Part shown: positions 27,565-36,904 of the stretch, in pieces | Position numbering within the stretch: position 1 is the first letter of the stretch | Layout: every line of letters starts with the position of its first letter | Source of the DNA: Erysipelotrichaceae bacterium | GTDB lineage: Bacteria > Bacillota > Clostridia > Oscillospirales > CAG-272 | Direction of reading: 5' to 3' | Length of the DNA stretch: 57,228 bases | Assembly (NCBI GenBank): GCA_963609805.1 | Contig: CAVDLN010000002.1 | Location: forward strand, 1 to 57,228 | Notes under the pieces: generated by a model | Seen by the model: the letters and a program-made list of their open reading frames with translations, nothing else | What the model was told of the DNA's origin: nothing | Database searches by the model: none | Made by a program: the position numbers and the translations under genes

Positions 27565-29721
27565 GTGGATGCATTGCTTGCGGCACCGGTCCTGCGGCTG
27601 CCCGGCGTGGGGGAGCGGCGCGCGGCGCTGCTCGCCCGACTCGGCCTGCACACCGTATACGACCTCCTGTTTCACTTCCCGCGTGCCTACGAAAACCGGG
27701 GCGATATTGTCCGCCTGACGGAGACGCAGAACCCGTCCCGCGCCGGCATGCGGCAGGCCGTCCTTCTCACCGTATCCGCCGAGCCGCGCAGGGCACGCCT
27801 GAAAAACCGCATGACGCTGCTGAAATTCCGTGCCTTTGACGACAGCGGAACCTGCGACATATCCTTTTTCAACCAGGACTACCTGCACGACAGCTTCCCC
27901 GTCGGATCGGTGTTCCGCTTTTACGGGCGGGTGGAAAAAACGGCGCGCGGGCTGTCCATGACGAATCCCGCCTTTGAGCCGTACGCACAGGGGAGCGCAC
28001 TGCCCCCGCTGGTCCCCGTCTATCCGCTGACCGAGGGGCTGAGCGGCAAGGTGGTATCGGGTCTTATCCGCCGTGCGCTGCCCGCCGCCGCGCGGATTGA
28101 TGACCCGCTGCCGGAGGATATCCGTGAGCGGGAGGGCCTCTGCACACTGGCCTACGCCCTGCGCACCGTCCACTGCCCGCCGGATTTCCAGTCCCTGCAG
28201 ACAGCCAAAACCCGCCTCGCCTACGATGAATTCTTCCGCTTTTCCCTCGCGCTCGGCATACAGGGGGGCGCAGCCCGCAGCGGCGGCGCGCCGGTCTGCC
28301 GCATCGGCGAGGAGGAATTCTCAGAATTCCGTGCCCTGCTTCCCTATGCCCTGACGGGGGCACAGGAGCGCGCCGTCGCCGATATCCGCCGCGATATGGC
28401 AGAGGGGCGCGCCATGAACCGCATTCTGGTCGGTGACGTCGGCTGCGGCAAGACTGTCTGCGCCGCCGCCGCCGTATACGTGGCGGTACGGTCCGGCAAG
28501 CAGGCGGCAATTATGGCGCCGACCGGCATTCTGGCGGCGCAGCATGCCGCAGACTTAATCCCGCTGTTCGCCCGCGTCGGCATACGGGGCGAACTGCTGA
28601 CCGGAGCCACCCCCGCCGCGCGCAAACGGCAGATCCGTGCCGCGCTGGCGTCGGGCAATCCGTCGGTGCGGCTGGATTTCGTCATCGGCACGCAGGCGCT
28701 GCTGTCCGACGGCGTGGAATTTGCCGCGCCCGCACTGGTCGTGACCGACGAGCAGCACCGCTTCGGCGTCGGACAGCGGGCGGCTCTCTCCGGGAAAAAC
28801 CGCCACGCGCACCTGCTCTGCATGAGCGCTACGCCGATTCCGCGCTCGCTGGCGCTGGTGCTGTACGGCGATCTGGACGTGTCCCGCATCGACGAAATGC
28901 CGCCGGGACGGCAGCGGGTGGACACCTATGTCGTGGACGAAAGCTACCGTGCCCGTCTGGATGCCTTTATCCGCAAAAACGCGGCAGCGGGCGGACAGGT
29001 CTATATCGTCTGCCCCGCCGTGGAGCAGTCCGCGGACGAGGAGGAGGACGGGGCGGATCTGATTCCGCTCTCGGCCGATTTCGGCGCGTACGACCCACCG
29101 GCGCCCTCCCTGCCTCCGCTGCGGGCGGCGGTACAGTACGCGGAGGAGCTTCGGGAACGCCTGCCCGATCTGCGCATAGGCTTTGTCCACGGCAGGATGA
29201 AACAGGCGGAGAAAGACAGCATCATGCAGGATTTTGCAGACGGCGCCGTGCAGGTGCTGGTGTCGACCACCGTCATAGAGGTCGGCGTCAATGTTCCCAA
29301 CGCCTGCCTGATGATCGTGGAGAACGCCGAACGCTTCGGGCTGTCCCAGCTGCACCAGCTGCGCGGGCGCGTCGGACGCGGCAGCCGCAAATCCTACTGC
29401 ATTCTGGTGCGCGCGGGAGGCGGAGAGGCGGCCCGCGCCCGGCTGGAGGTCATGCGCACGACGTATGACGGCTTCCGCATCGCGGAGCAGGATCTGGCGC
29501 AGCGCGGCCCCGGCGATTTTCTCGCCCCCGCGGGGGGCGGCAGCATCCGGCAGAGCGGCGGATTCCGGCTGGCGGCGGGCTGCGGCGACGGAGACCTCAT
29601 GAACCGTGCCTGCGGGGAGGCGCGCGCCCTGCTCGCGTCCGATCCCGGACTTGCGGAGCATCCGCTGCTGTCGGAGTCCGTCCGGCGCCTCTTCTCCGAC
29701 GCCGGCGATATTCTGAATTGA
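27565..29721 (+). CDS. recG: ATP-dependent DNA helicase RecG
   Basis: Wedge/OB N-terminus, helicase motifs GDVGCGKT, VTDEQHRFG, MSATPIPR, QLHQLRGRVGRG. GTG 27565 lies 8 nt after AGGAGG. Confidence 0.93.
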   Translation: MDALLAAPVLRLPGVGERRAALLARLGLHTVYDLLFHFPRAYENRGDIVRLTETQNPSRAGMRQAVLLTVSAEPRRARLKNRMTLLKFRAFDDSGTCDISFFNQDYLHDSFPVGSVFRFYGRVEKTARGLSMTNPAFEPYAQGSALPPLVPVYPLTEGLSGKVVSGLIRRALPAAARIDDPLPEDIREREGLCTLAYALRTVHCPPDFQSLQTAKTRLAYDEFFRFSLALGIQGGAARSGGAPVCRIGEEEFSEFRALLPYALTGAQERAVADIRRDMAEGRAMNRILVGDVGCGKTVCAAAAVYVAVRSGKQAAIMAPTGILAAQHAADLIPLFARVGIRGELLTGATPAARKRQIRAALASGNPSVRLDFVIGTQALLSDGVEFAAPALVVTDEQHRFGVGQRAALSGKNRHAHLLCMSATPIPRSLALVLYGDLDVSRIDEMPPGRQRVDTYVVDESYRARLDAFIRKNAAAGGQVYIVCPAVEQSADEEEDGADLIPLSADFGAYDPPAPSLPPLRAAVQYAEELRERLPDLRIGFVHGRMKQAEKDSIMQDFADGAVQVLVSTTVIEVGVNVPNACLMIVENAERFGLSQLHQLRGRVGRGSRKSYCILVRAGGGEAARARLEVMRTTYDGFRIAEQDLAQRGPGDFLAPAGGGSIRQSGGFRLAAGCGDGDLMNRACGEARALLASDPGLAEHPLLSESVRRLFSDAGDILN

Positions 29722-29769
29722 TTTATTCTATAAATTATTCTATCTTCTTACCGAAAGGACGGTATCCCC

Positions 29770-30681
29770 ATGCCCTCATATTTTTCGCTCTGCCCCGACA
29801 CCTACAAGGGGCGTCCCGCTCTCCGCATCACGACAGGAAAGCTGTCCGCGCTGTTTCTGCCGGAGGACGGAGGCAAGCTTTCGTCGCTGACCGCGGCGGA
29901 CGGCTTTGAATTCCTGTGTCAGAATCCGTCGGCGGACTATGCCCGCCTTGCCTATGACGGCAGTTATGTCGCATCGGAATGCGCCTCGTGGGACGATATG
30001 TTCCCCACCATTGATCCGTACACCCTCCCGTCCGGCCCCTGCGCGGGACTGACCCTTCCCGACCACGGCGAGGTCTGCCGCCTGCCGCTGACCGCAGAGC
30101 AGCTCCCCGACGGCTTTTCACTGCGGACAGATTCCCGCCTGTTCCCGCTGTCCTTCCGCAAGGAGGTGCGCGCCGAGGCGGACGGCGCACTGGCGCTCAC
30201 CTACACGCTGACCAACCGGTCGGACGTCCGGTTCCCCTGCCTGTGGGCGGCGCACTGCATGCTGCGCGGGCAGGACGACCTGCGCATCCGCACGCCGTTT
30301 GCCGCCGACGCCCCCGTCGATTACATGTTCGGCGCGACGGCCGATGAAGGTCTCCCCCGCGACCGCCTGACCGGCTATGCGCCCGGCAGCGGACGCGCCT
30401 ATAAGTTCTACTATACCGAGCCGACGGCAGAGGGGTTTCTGACCGGCCTGTACACGGAATCCGGCCACAGCTTCACGATGGATTACCGCGGCGCCGCCGA
30501 CGCTGTCCCCTATGTCGGAATCTGGATCAACAACGGGAAATTCCGCGACTACTACAACATCGCGCTGGAATGCTGCACCGCGCCCTATGACGCCCCCGAC
30601 AAGGCGGAGGCGCACGGCTACCCCGCCTTCCTGCCGCCGCATGCCGAGAAGCGCTTCACACTGCGCGTACGAGCTGAGTAA
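29770..30681 (+). CDS. aldose-epimerase-like (galactose mutarotase fold) family protein
   Basis: Weak family recognition only (LPDHGEV..., beta-rich). Lies next to rbsK. Confidence 0.45.
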   Translation: MPSYFSLCPDTYKGRPALRITTGKLSALFLPEDGGKLSSLTAADGFEFLCQNPSADYARLAYDGSYVASECASWDDMFPTIDPYTLPSGPCAGLTLPDHGEVCRLPLTAEQLPDGFSLRTDSRLFPLSFRKEVRAEADGALALTYTLTNRSDVRFPCLWAAHCMLRGQDDLRIRTPFAADAPVDYMFGATADEGLPRDRLTGYAPGSGRAYKFYYTEPTAEGFLTGLYTESGHSFTMDYRGAADAVPYVGIWINNGKFRDYYNIALECCTAPYDAPDKAEAHGYPAFLPPHAEKRFTLRVRAE

Positions 30682-30776
30682 ACTCAGCTCCGAGTAAACT
30701 CAGAGCGAAACGACCCGGCAGGCAGAGCCGCTGCGGATTCCCTCAAAAAAGGCCGAAACAGAAAGGAAATGACGCC

Positions 30777-31751
30777 ATGAACACGAAAACGACGGAACAA
30801 ACCGGAAAAAAACAGAAAGTAAAAATCCTTGTCCCCGGCAGCAGCAACGCCGACCTGACCGGCTTTGCACCGCGCCTCCCGACGGCGGGTGAGACGGTGA
30901 TGGGCAGCAGTCTGCATATCGGAATCGGCGGGAAGGGCTGCAACCAGATGACGGCGGCGGCGCGAGCGGGCGCGGACGCGTGGTTCATCACGCGGGTCGG
31001 CCGGGATGTGTTCGGCGAAACCCTGCGCCGCCACTTTGCCGCCGAGGGCTTCCGGGACAGGTACATCCGGGAGGACGAAACCGCGGAAACCGGCTGCGCG
31101 CTGATTGAAATCGACGAACGCGACGGGCAGAACCGCATTATGGTGATCCCCGGTGCCAACCGCCGCATCGGCGAGGCGGATGTGCGGGCGGCGGCCGCCG
31201 ATTTCGCGGACGCGGATGCCGTGCTGACCCAGCTGGAAACGGATCTGTCCGCCGTGGAGGAGGCAAAGCGGCAGGCGCAGGCGGCGGGCGTGCCCTTCCT
31301 GCTCAATCCCGCACCGTGGCAGCCGCTGCCGGAGGAGCTGCTGCGGGGCACGGACTGGTTCACGCCCAACGAAACCGAGGCGGGCGGCTGCACCGGCACG
31401 GAAATCACCGACGACGCGAGCGTGCGCCGTGCCGCGCGGATCCTGCTGGACAGGGGCATCCGCAATGTCGTCATCACGCTGGGCGTGCGCGGCGTCTACT
31501 GGACGGACGGTGCGCGGGAGCTCACGGTGCCCGGCATTCCCGTAAAGGCCGTGGAAACGACGGGCGCAGGCGACACCTTCAACGGTGCGCTGGCCGTGGC
31601 GGTCGCCGAAGGCCGCGATCCGGCATGGGCGATCCGCTTCGCCAACGCTGCCGCCGCCCTGTCGGTCACGCGGATGGGCGCCGCCGTATCCGCTCCGTAC
31701 CGGGACGAAATACTGGACATGATGCAGCGGCAGTACGGAATATCGGAATAA
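30777..31751 (+). CDS. rbsK: ribokinase (PfkB family)
   Basis: GGKGCNQ and TTGAGDTFNGAL motifs. Confidence 0.88.
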   Translation: MNTKTTEQTGKKQKVKILVPGSSNADLTGFAPRLPTAGETVMGSSLHIGIGGKGCNQMTAAARAGADAWFITRVGRDVFGETLRRHFAAEGFRDRYIREDETAETGCALIEIDERDGQNRIMVIPGANRRIGEADVRAAAADFADADAVLTQLETDLSAVEEAKRQAQAAGVPFLLNPAPWQPLPEELLRGTDWFTPNETEAGGCTGTEITDDASVRRAARILLDRGIRNVVITLGVRGVYWTDGARELTVPGIPVKAVETTGAGDTFNGALAVAVAEGRDPAWAIRFANAAAALSVTRMGAAVSAPYRDEILDMMQRQYGISE

Positions 31752-31757
31752 ACGAAG

Positions 31758-31793
31758 GAGAGGGGCGGCGGCTGCCGTCCCTCTCTCTGTTTA
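31758..31793. terminator. convergent terminator hairpin (rbsK / glycosidase)
   Basis: 12-bp stem 31758-31769 / 31774-31785 (GAGAGGGGCGGC ... GCCGTCCCTCTC), followed by a T-rich tail. Confidence 0.6.
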
Positions 31794-31803
31794 TGCAATC
31801 TTT

Positions 31804-33486
31804 TTACCGTACAATCTCGACGCCCGCGGGCGCGTCGATTTCGACAACGGTCTTCCCGTCCTCACCGCGGAATGCCCATACGGACAGAACGCCCTTCGTG
31901 GTGGGATAGGTTCCCTTTGCCCACGCAAGACCCGCCAGCTCCGGCTTGACCTCGTACTTGCCGGGCGCAAGAGGACGGATGCCCAGCACATAATTGGTCA
32001 GGTAGGGGCAGGGGCCGGATGCCCATCCGTGGCAGAGGGAGTGGCGGAACTTGATGTAGCAGTACGCGCCGTAGTCGCCGTGAATATCGATCTTGCCCTC
32101 CGGTACGACCTCGTCGATGCGGCCCGCGTTGTTCATCCAGTCCAGATTGAAGTCCTCCCAGAAGGTGGTGGCGCCCATATCCAGCATGCCGCCCCAGTAC
32201 TGCTTCATATCCTCCAGCGCACCGGCGTAATCGCCCGCCAGCGCCTTGGCTGCCAGAATATAGTAGCCGAAGAAGGTGGAGTAGCCGTGTCCGCCGCCGG
32301 GAACCAAAACCTCCTCGTTGATCCTTACGGGATCAGCCAACCCGGACAGCGCCAGCAGCGCCGCAGCCTGCTTGGAGCCGTGGCAGTCCGGAATATGCTT
32401 CTTCATGCGCTCGGCTGCCGCCTCGCACAATGCAGCGGTTTCCTCCTCGCCGAGCACGCGGAGCAGTTCCGCGCCCTTGTCCAGCGCCAGCTTCAGAAGG
32501 CCCTGCAGACCCGCATGGATGGCGGCGGGATCGGCATTGTTGGGCCAGTCCAGGAAACGGCCCTTCGGCATGTGCTCCACGCCGTCCGCGTCCACGCAGC
32601 CGGCCAGAATCGTCATAAGGCCCTTGATGTACTCGTGCTGCTGCTCCAGGTAGTCCCTGTCGCCGAAGGCGCGGTACCAGTCGCAGTGAATCATCAGCCA
32701 CCAGATGGAGTAGGAGGAAATGTTGTTCATCCAGCTGCCGACCGGCGTCTCATCCCGCACGATATCCAGAGAGCGCGGCACGATGTCGTTGTAGCCGAAG
32801 GCCGTCAGAATCGTGTTCACCTCGGTGTGCATATCCCCGATCCAGACCAGACGGTCGCGCTTGATGCCGTCCCAGAGGTATTCCTGCATGTTCAGGTGCG
32901 CCGTATAGGCGGCGGTATTCCAGATGCGGTTCAGCTTCTCGTCGGAGCAGGTGAAGGAGCCGACATAATCCAGATCCAGATAGTGGAACACGCCCTGCAC
33001 CGCCTTGAACTGCACCAGCGCCTCCTCCTCCAGCAGCTCGATGCAGACGAACCGGAAGCCGGATTCGTTTGTCTCGCAGGCGGACATCATGCCGACGTTC
33101 ATCACGCGGTCGCGGATGGCGTGGTCGTTGGTGGTATTCTTCTCAAAGATAGGCGTGAGCGATTCCATGACCGACTCGCCGAAGCGGACATTGATATCGG
33201 CGCGGCTGTGCGGGCCCTGCACGCCCCAGATCATCAGGCGCACGCTGCCCGCGAATTCGATGCCGAAATCCAGCACGATCTTGGCATGCGGCCGGCCGGG
33301 CTGATTGCGCAGGGTGCAGTTCTCACCCGTCAGCAGCGTAATCTGGTTGCTGCGCTCCCGGAGCAGCGTCTCGGGATTCTGCACGTCTCCCTCGGTCAGC
33401 ACGACGCGGCACGGCGCAAGGTACCGCCGTGTGCGGGGGTCTGTCTCATGCCCGTTCAGGGCTGCGAATTTTTCGTTGACCTTCAT
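31804..33486 (-). CDS. six-hairpin glycoside hydrolase, alpha-L-rhamnosidase-like (GH78-like)
   Basis: WDGIKRDRLVWIGDMH and a C-terminal region resembling bacterial rhamnosidase catalytic/C-terminal domains. ATG 33486 is preceded by AAAGGAA. Confidence 0.55.
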   Translation of the reverse strand: MKVNEKFAALNGHETDPRTRRYLAPCRVVLTEGDVQNPETLLRERSNQITLLTGENCTLRNQPGRPHAKIVLDFGIEFAGSVRLMIWGVQGPHSRADINVRFGESVMESLTPIFEKNTTNDHAIRDRVMNVGMMSACETNESGFRFVCIELLEEEALVQFKAVQGVFHYLDLDYVGSFTCSDEKLNRIWNTAAYTAHLNMQEYLWDGIKRDRLVWIGDMHTEVNTILTAFGYNDIVPRSLDIVRDETPVGSWMNNISSYSIWWLMIHCDWYRAFGDRDYLEQQHEYIKGLMTILAGCVDADGVEHMPKGRFLDWPNNADPAAIHAGLQGLLKLALDKGAELLRVLGEEETAALCEAAAERMKKHIPDCHGSKQAAALLALSGLADPVRINEEVLVPGGGHGYSTFFGYYILAAKALAGDYAGALEDMKQYWGGMLDMGATTFWEDFNLDWMNNAGRIDEVVPEGKIDIHGDYGAYCYIKFRHSLCHGWASGPCPYLTNYVLGIRPLAPGKYEVKPELAGLAWAKGTYPTTKGVLSVWAFRGEDGKTVVEIDAPAGVEIVR

Positions 33487-33562
33487 GTATATTCCGTTCC
33501 TTTCTGCCTTGCGGCAATCCGGTACATATTTTCGGCGGAGACCACTCCGCCGGTTCGTGTGT

Positions 33563-33592
33563 ATTGTACCACATCGGCGCACGGATTGTCAA
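33563..33592 (-). promoter_or_regulatory. promoter of the glycosidase gene
   Basis: Minus strand TTGACA (33592-33587), 18 nt, TACAAT (33568-33563). Confidence 0.6.
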
Positions 33593-33640
33593 CCGTTTTT
33601 ATTTAAAACGGCAAAGTTCGGGGCATGATGTGAAAAAACC

Positions 33641-33669
33641 TTGCTGTCCGTACTTTTTTGTGCTATAAT
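33641..33669 (+). promoter_or_regulatory. promoter of the lipoprotein gene 33727
   Basis: TTGCTG (33641-33646), 17 nt, TATAAT (33664-33669). Confidence 0.55.
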
Positions 33670-33726
33670 TGTCTCCTAAAATCGGGACAGTCCCATATTG
33701 CCCCGGAAGGAAAGGAGATTACTATC

Positions 33727-34836
33727 ATGACACATTCCGTATTCACGCGTCTGCGTCTGCGTGTGCTGTCCCTCGCGCTGGCAGCTCTTATGCTGCTGGG
33801 TCTGTCCGCGGCTGCGCTGACCGGCTGCGACAAGGAAGAGAAGCAGACAGAAACCGCAACCGAAACCGAGACGGAGACCGAAACCGAAACCGAGGTTCCG
33901 CTGGCCGAGGCAGAGCCGGAGGTCGCACTCACCCGGGTTATGGACAATCTCGGCAGCCGTGCCGAAAGCGCCGCCGCCGATGTCTCCAGGAAGGCCGCCG
34001 ACGGAACCTTTGATTTCTCCTTCGGTGTCAATCTGAAGGTGGAGGCGCAGGTCGTCCTGACCACCAAAATGACGCTGCTGGGAACGACAACCACCAGCGA
34101 AACCACCGCATCCGTTGTCGTAACGGTGGCGGACGGCGGCGTGTCCGTCACGGTATCCGTTCCCGAAATGCTGGAGGTCGCCGTTGTGTGCGCGGACAAA
34201 ACCGTGTACATCTCCACAACCATGTTCGGCGTGACGAGCAAGCAGAGCTTCTCCTTTGACACCGACATGCAGAAGGAACTGTCCGACCTGCTGAACGGCA
34301 AGGCATCCGACGGGGAAAGCAAGGCTCTGGATACCCTGCGCAGCGCCCTGAAGGACACCGGCGTCGCCGACGTGTTCGGGTCCGTTGCCTCCGCGGCCGA
34401 CGGGGAGAAGCTGACCATCTCCTGCACGGGAATCAAATCGGAGTTTGTCGCCAAGCTGAAGCAGCTTGCGGCCGACCTGAAGACGCTTGCCCCGGACGAG
34501 ACCGAAACCGACGGTGCGGACACGGACGAGTCCGTATCCGAGGAGTCCGGCCTGCTGGACTCCCTGTTCTCGGCGCTGGCCTCTGTCGTCCCGGACGATT
34601 TCAGCATGGAGCTGGACGTTGACATGGACGGACAGGTGCTTGCCGTCCGCGCGCAGGCGTCCATCCTGCAGAGCGAAACCGAGGATTACGGCAATGTGAA
34701 AAAAGAAACCGCGATCGCCGCAAACGTCACCCTGACGCGCGGCGGACAGACCGTTGAGAAGCCGGCGGACGCGGAGGAGTATGAAACCTCCGACGACCTG
34801 CCGCAAATCGGCGGGGAGGACGGGAACGCCGCCTGA
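33727..34836 (+). CDS. hypothetical lipoprotein with Thr-Glu repeat linker
   Basis: Lipobox LTGC. TETATETETETETETE follows the lipidation site. AAGGAG precedes ATG 33727. Confidence 0.65.
   Translation: MTHSVFTRLRLRVLSLALAALMLLGLSAAALTGCDKEEKQTETATETETETETETEVPLAEAEPEVALTRVMDNLGSRAESAAADVSRKAADGTFDFSFGVNLKVEAQVVLTTKMTLLGTTTTSETTASVVVTVADGGVSVTVSVPEMLEVAVVCADKTVYISTTMFGVTSKQSFSFDTDMQKELSDLLNGKASDGESKALDTLRSALKDTGVADVFGSVASAADGEKLTISCTGIKSEFVAKLKQLAADLKTLAPDETETDGADTDESVSEESGLLDSLFSALASVVPDDFSMELDVDMDGQVLAVRAQASILQSETEDYGNVKKETAIAANVTLTRGGQTVEKPADAEEYETSDDLPQIGGEDGNAA
33847..33894 (+). repeat. in-frame (ACN GAR)n microsatellite-like repeat encoding (Thr-Glu)n
   Basis: ACA GAA ACC GCA ACC GAA ACC GAG ACG GAG ACC GAA ACC GAA ACC GAG. 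Confidence 0.8.
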
Positions 34837-34862
34837 TATCCGGAAACACGGAATCCGCAAAG

Positions 34863-34894
34863 AAAAACCCGGAGGCAGCCGCCTCCGGGTTTTT
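34863..34894. terminator. bidirectional intrinsic terminator
   Basis: AAAAA, then CCCGGAGGC (34868-34876), loop AGCC, GCCTCCGGG (34881-34889), then TTTTT. Confidence 0.85.
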
Positions 34895-34901
34895 CTTACG
34901 G

Positions 34902-34946
34902 GGGTGCGGGAAACTCAAATTGAGTTCCCGACACCCTTTCTTTTTT
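34902..34946 (+). terminator. second hairpin plus T-tract
   Basis: GGGTGCGGGAAACTCA / TGAGTTCCCGACACCC (with bulges), followed by TTTCTTTTTT. Confidence 0.6.
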
Positions 34947-34951
34947 ATGCC

Positions 34952-36904
34952 TTAATCCAGTTCCCGTCCGCCGGTGTACAGCTCGTAGTAGCGGCCCTTG
35001 AGCGCCAGCAGCTGCTCGTGGTTGCCGCGCTCCATGATCTCGCCGTGCTCCAGCACCAGAATGGCGTTGGCGTTGCGAACGGTGGACAGACGGTGCGCGA
35101 TGATGAAGGTCGTGCGGTTCTGCATCAGCCGGTCCATGCCTTCCTCAATCAGGCGCTCGGTACGGGTATCCACGGAGGAAGTCGCCTCGTCCAGCACCAG
35201 AATGGGGGCGCGGGACAGCGACGCGCGCGCGATGTTGAGCAGCTGACGCTGCCCCTGCGAGAGGTTGGCGCCGTCGCCCGTCAGCACGGTCTGGTAGCCC
35301 TTGCTCAGACGCATGATAAAGCCGTGCGCGCTGGCTGCCTTGGCTGCCTCTATAACCTCCTCGTCGGTCGCGTCGGGACGGCCGTAGCGGATATTTTCCA
35401 TGATGGTTCCGGTGAACAGGTGCGTATCCTGCAGCACCATGGCGATATTCGACCGCAGCTCCTCCCGCCGCCAGTTGCGGATATCCACGCCGTCAATCGT
35501 TATGACGCCGTCCTGAATATCGTAGAACCGGTTGAGCAGGTTGGTAACGGTCGTCTTGCCCGCGCCGGTAGAGCCGACAAAGGCTATCTTCTGCCCCGCA
35601 TGAGCGTACAGGCTGATATGCTTCAGCACCGGGTGGCCGGGCACATACCCGAAGGTCACGTCATCCATAACCACCTCGCCGCGCACGCCGCCTGCCTCTT
35701 CCATCGAGACGGCATCCGGGCTGTCCGGCTCCTCGGGCTTCTGATCCATGACCGTGAACACGCGCTCCGCGCCCGCAAGTGCCGAGAAAATGTTGGACAT
35801 CTGCATGGAAATATTGTTGATAGGGAAGGAGAACTGCCGCGACGCGTTGCAGAATGCGGTCAGTCCGCCGACGTCAAAGCCGGAGGTCAGGCACAGGATT
35901 CCGCCCACGCCCGCCGTAATGGCATATGCGATGTTGGAGGAATTGTTCATAATGGGGCCCATCACGCCGCCGTAGTACTGCGCGCGGAACTGCTTCTCCC
36001 GCATGTCGTCGTTGAGCGACTCGAATTCCTCCACGCAGACGGACTCATGATTGAACACCTTGACGACCTTGGTGCCGCTGACCGACTCCTCAATATAGCC
36101 GTTCACCGCACCAAGCGCAGCCTGCTGAGCGCTGTAGTAGCGGCTCGACATCTTGGCGATGGCCTTTCCGGAGAACAGGAATATCGGCACAAACACCAGC
36201 GTGATAAGCGTCAGCCAGATATTGAGATAAATCATCATGATCAGTGTTCCGACAAGCGTAATCGCTCCGGAAATCAGGCTCGTGACGGTGGAGTTGATCA
36301 TGTTGTCGATGGCGTCGATATCATTGGTGAAGCGGGACATCAGCTCGCCCGTCGTGTTGGCGTCGAAGTACCGCACCGGCAGACGCTGCAGACTGCCGAA
36401 CAGATCGTTGCGCAGCCGCTCGGTGGCGTTCTGCGACACCGTCACCATGATGCGGTTCTGCAGGTAGCTGGTCAGGATGCCGACAAGGTATACGACGGTC
36501 AGCACGGCAGCCACCAGAACCAGGCAGCTCAGCCGCTTCTCCTCGAAGTTCTCCTGCGTGACGCCCGGCATGAACAGCCGTACAATGGTGGATTTCGCAG
36601 GATCGTCGTTGCGCGGGTTGACGACGTTGATCACATCACGGAGCAGGAAGGTCCCCGCCAGCGAGGTCAGCGTGTTGATAACCATAAACACCAGCGCCAG
36701 AATGATGCGTCCGCGGTAGGCGGCGATATAGGACATAAGACGGTTTACCGTGCTGCGGTTGTACCTGCCCTTTCCGCCCTCCCCCATGGGACGGCGCGGC
36801 CCGGGGCCGCCCGGTCCGCCCGGTCCGCCCGGACCGCGCATACCGCCGGGTGCGGCGGCACTGGCATACCGTTTCTGAAGCTCTTCCAGACTGCGCTTAG
36901 CCAT
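34952..36904 (-). CDS. ABC exporter permease/ATPase, consensus-site half of a heterodimer
   Basis: Six-TM domain plus an NBD with GSTGAGKTT, LSQGQRQ, LVLDEATSSVD and IIAHRL. ATG 36904 overlaps the upstream stop (ATGGCTAA). Gly/Pro-rich N-terminus. Confidence 0.88.
   Translation of the reverse strand: MAKRSLEELQKRYASAAAPGGMRGPGGPGGPGGPGPRRPMGEGGKGRYNRSTVNRLMSYIAAYRGRIILALVFMVINTLTSLAGTFLLRDVINVVNPRNDDPAKSTIVRLFMPGVTQENFEEKRLSCLVLVAAVLTVVYLVGILTSYLQNRIMVTVSQNATERLRNDLFGSLQRLPVRYFDANTTGELMSRFTNDIDAIDNMINSTVTSLISGAITLVGTLIMMIYLNIWLTLITLVFVPIFLFSGKAIAKMSSRYYSAQQAALGAVNGYIEESVSGTKVVKVFNHESVCVEEFESLNDDMREKQFRAQYYGGVMGPIMNNSSNIAYAITAGVGGILCLTSGFDVGGLTAFCNASRQFSFPINNISMQMSNIFSALAGAERVFTVMDQKPEEPDSPDAVSMEEAGGVRGEVVMDDVTFGYVPGHPVLKHISLYAHAGQKIAFVGSTGAGKTTVTNLLNRFYDIQDGVITIDGVDIRNWRREELRSNIAMVLQDTHLFTGTIMENIRYGRPDATDEEVIEAAKAASAHGFIMRLSKGYQTVLTGDGANLSQGQRQLLNIARASLSRAPILVLDEATSSVDTRTERLIEEGMDRLMQNRTTFIIAHRLSTVRNANAILVLEHGEIMERGNHEQLLALKGRYYELYTGGRELD

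Noticed and set aside
33847-33894. Short tandem repeats considered as a possible CRISPR or VNTR locus (also the acidic-tail repeat at about 46950-47040 and the GGN/CCN run at about 36780-36850)
   Set aside because: All are in-frame low-complexity coding repeats (Thr-Glu, Asp-Ser-Gly, Gly-Pro) inside ORFs. There is no repeat-spacer periodicity. No CRISPR array was seen anywhere in the window.
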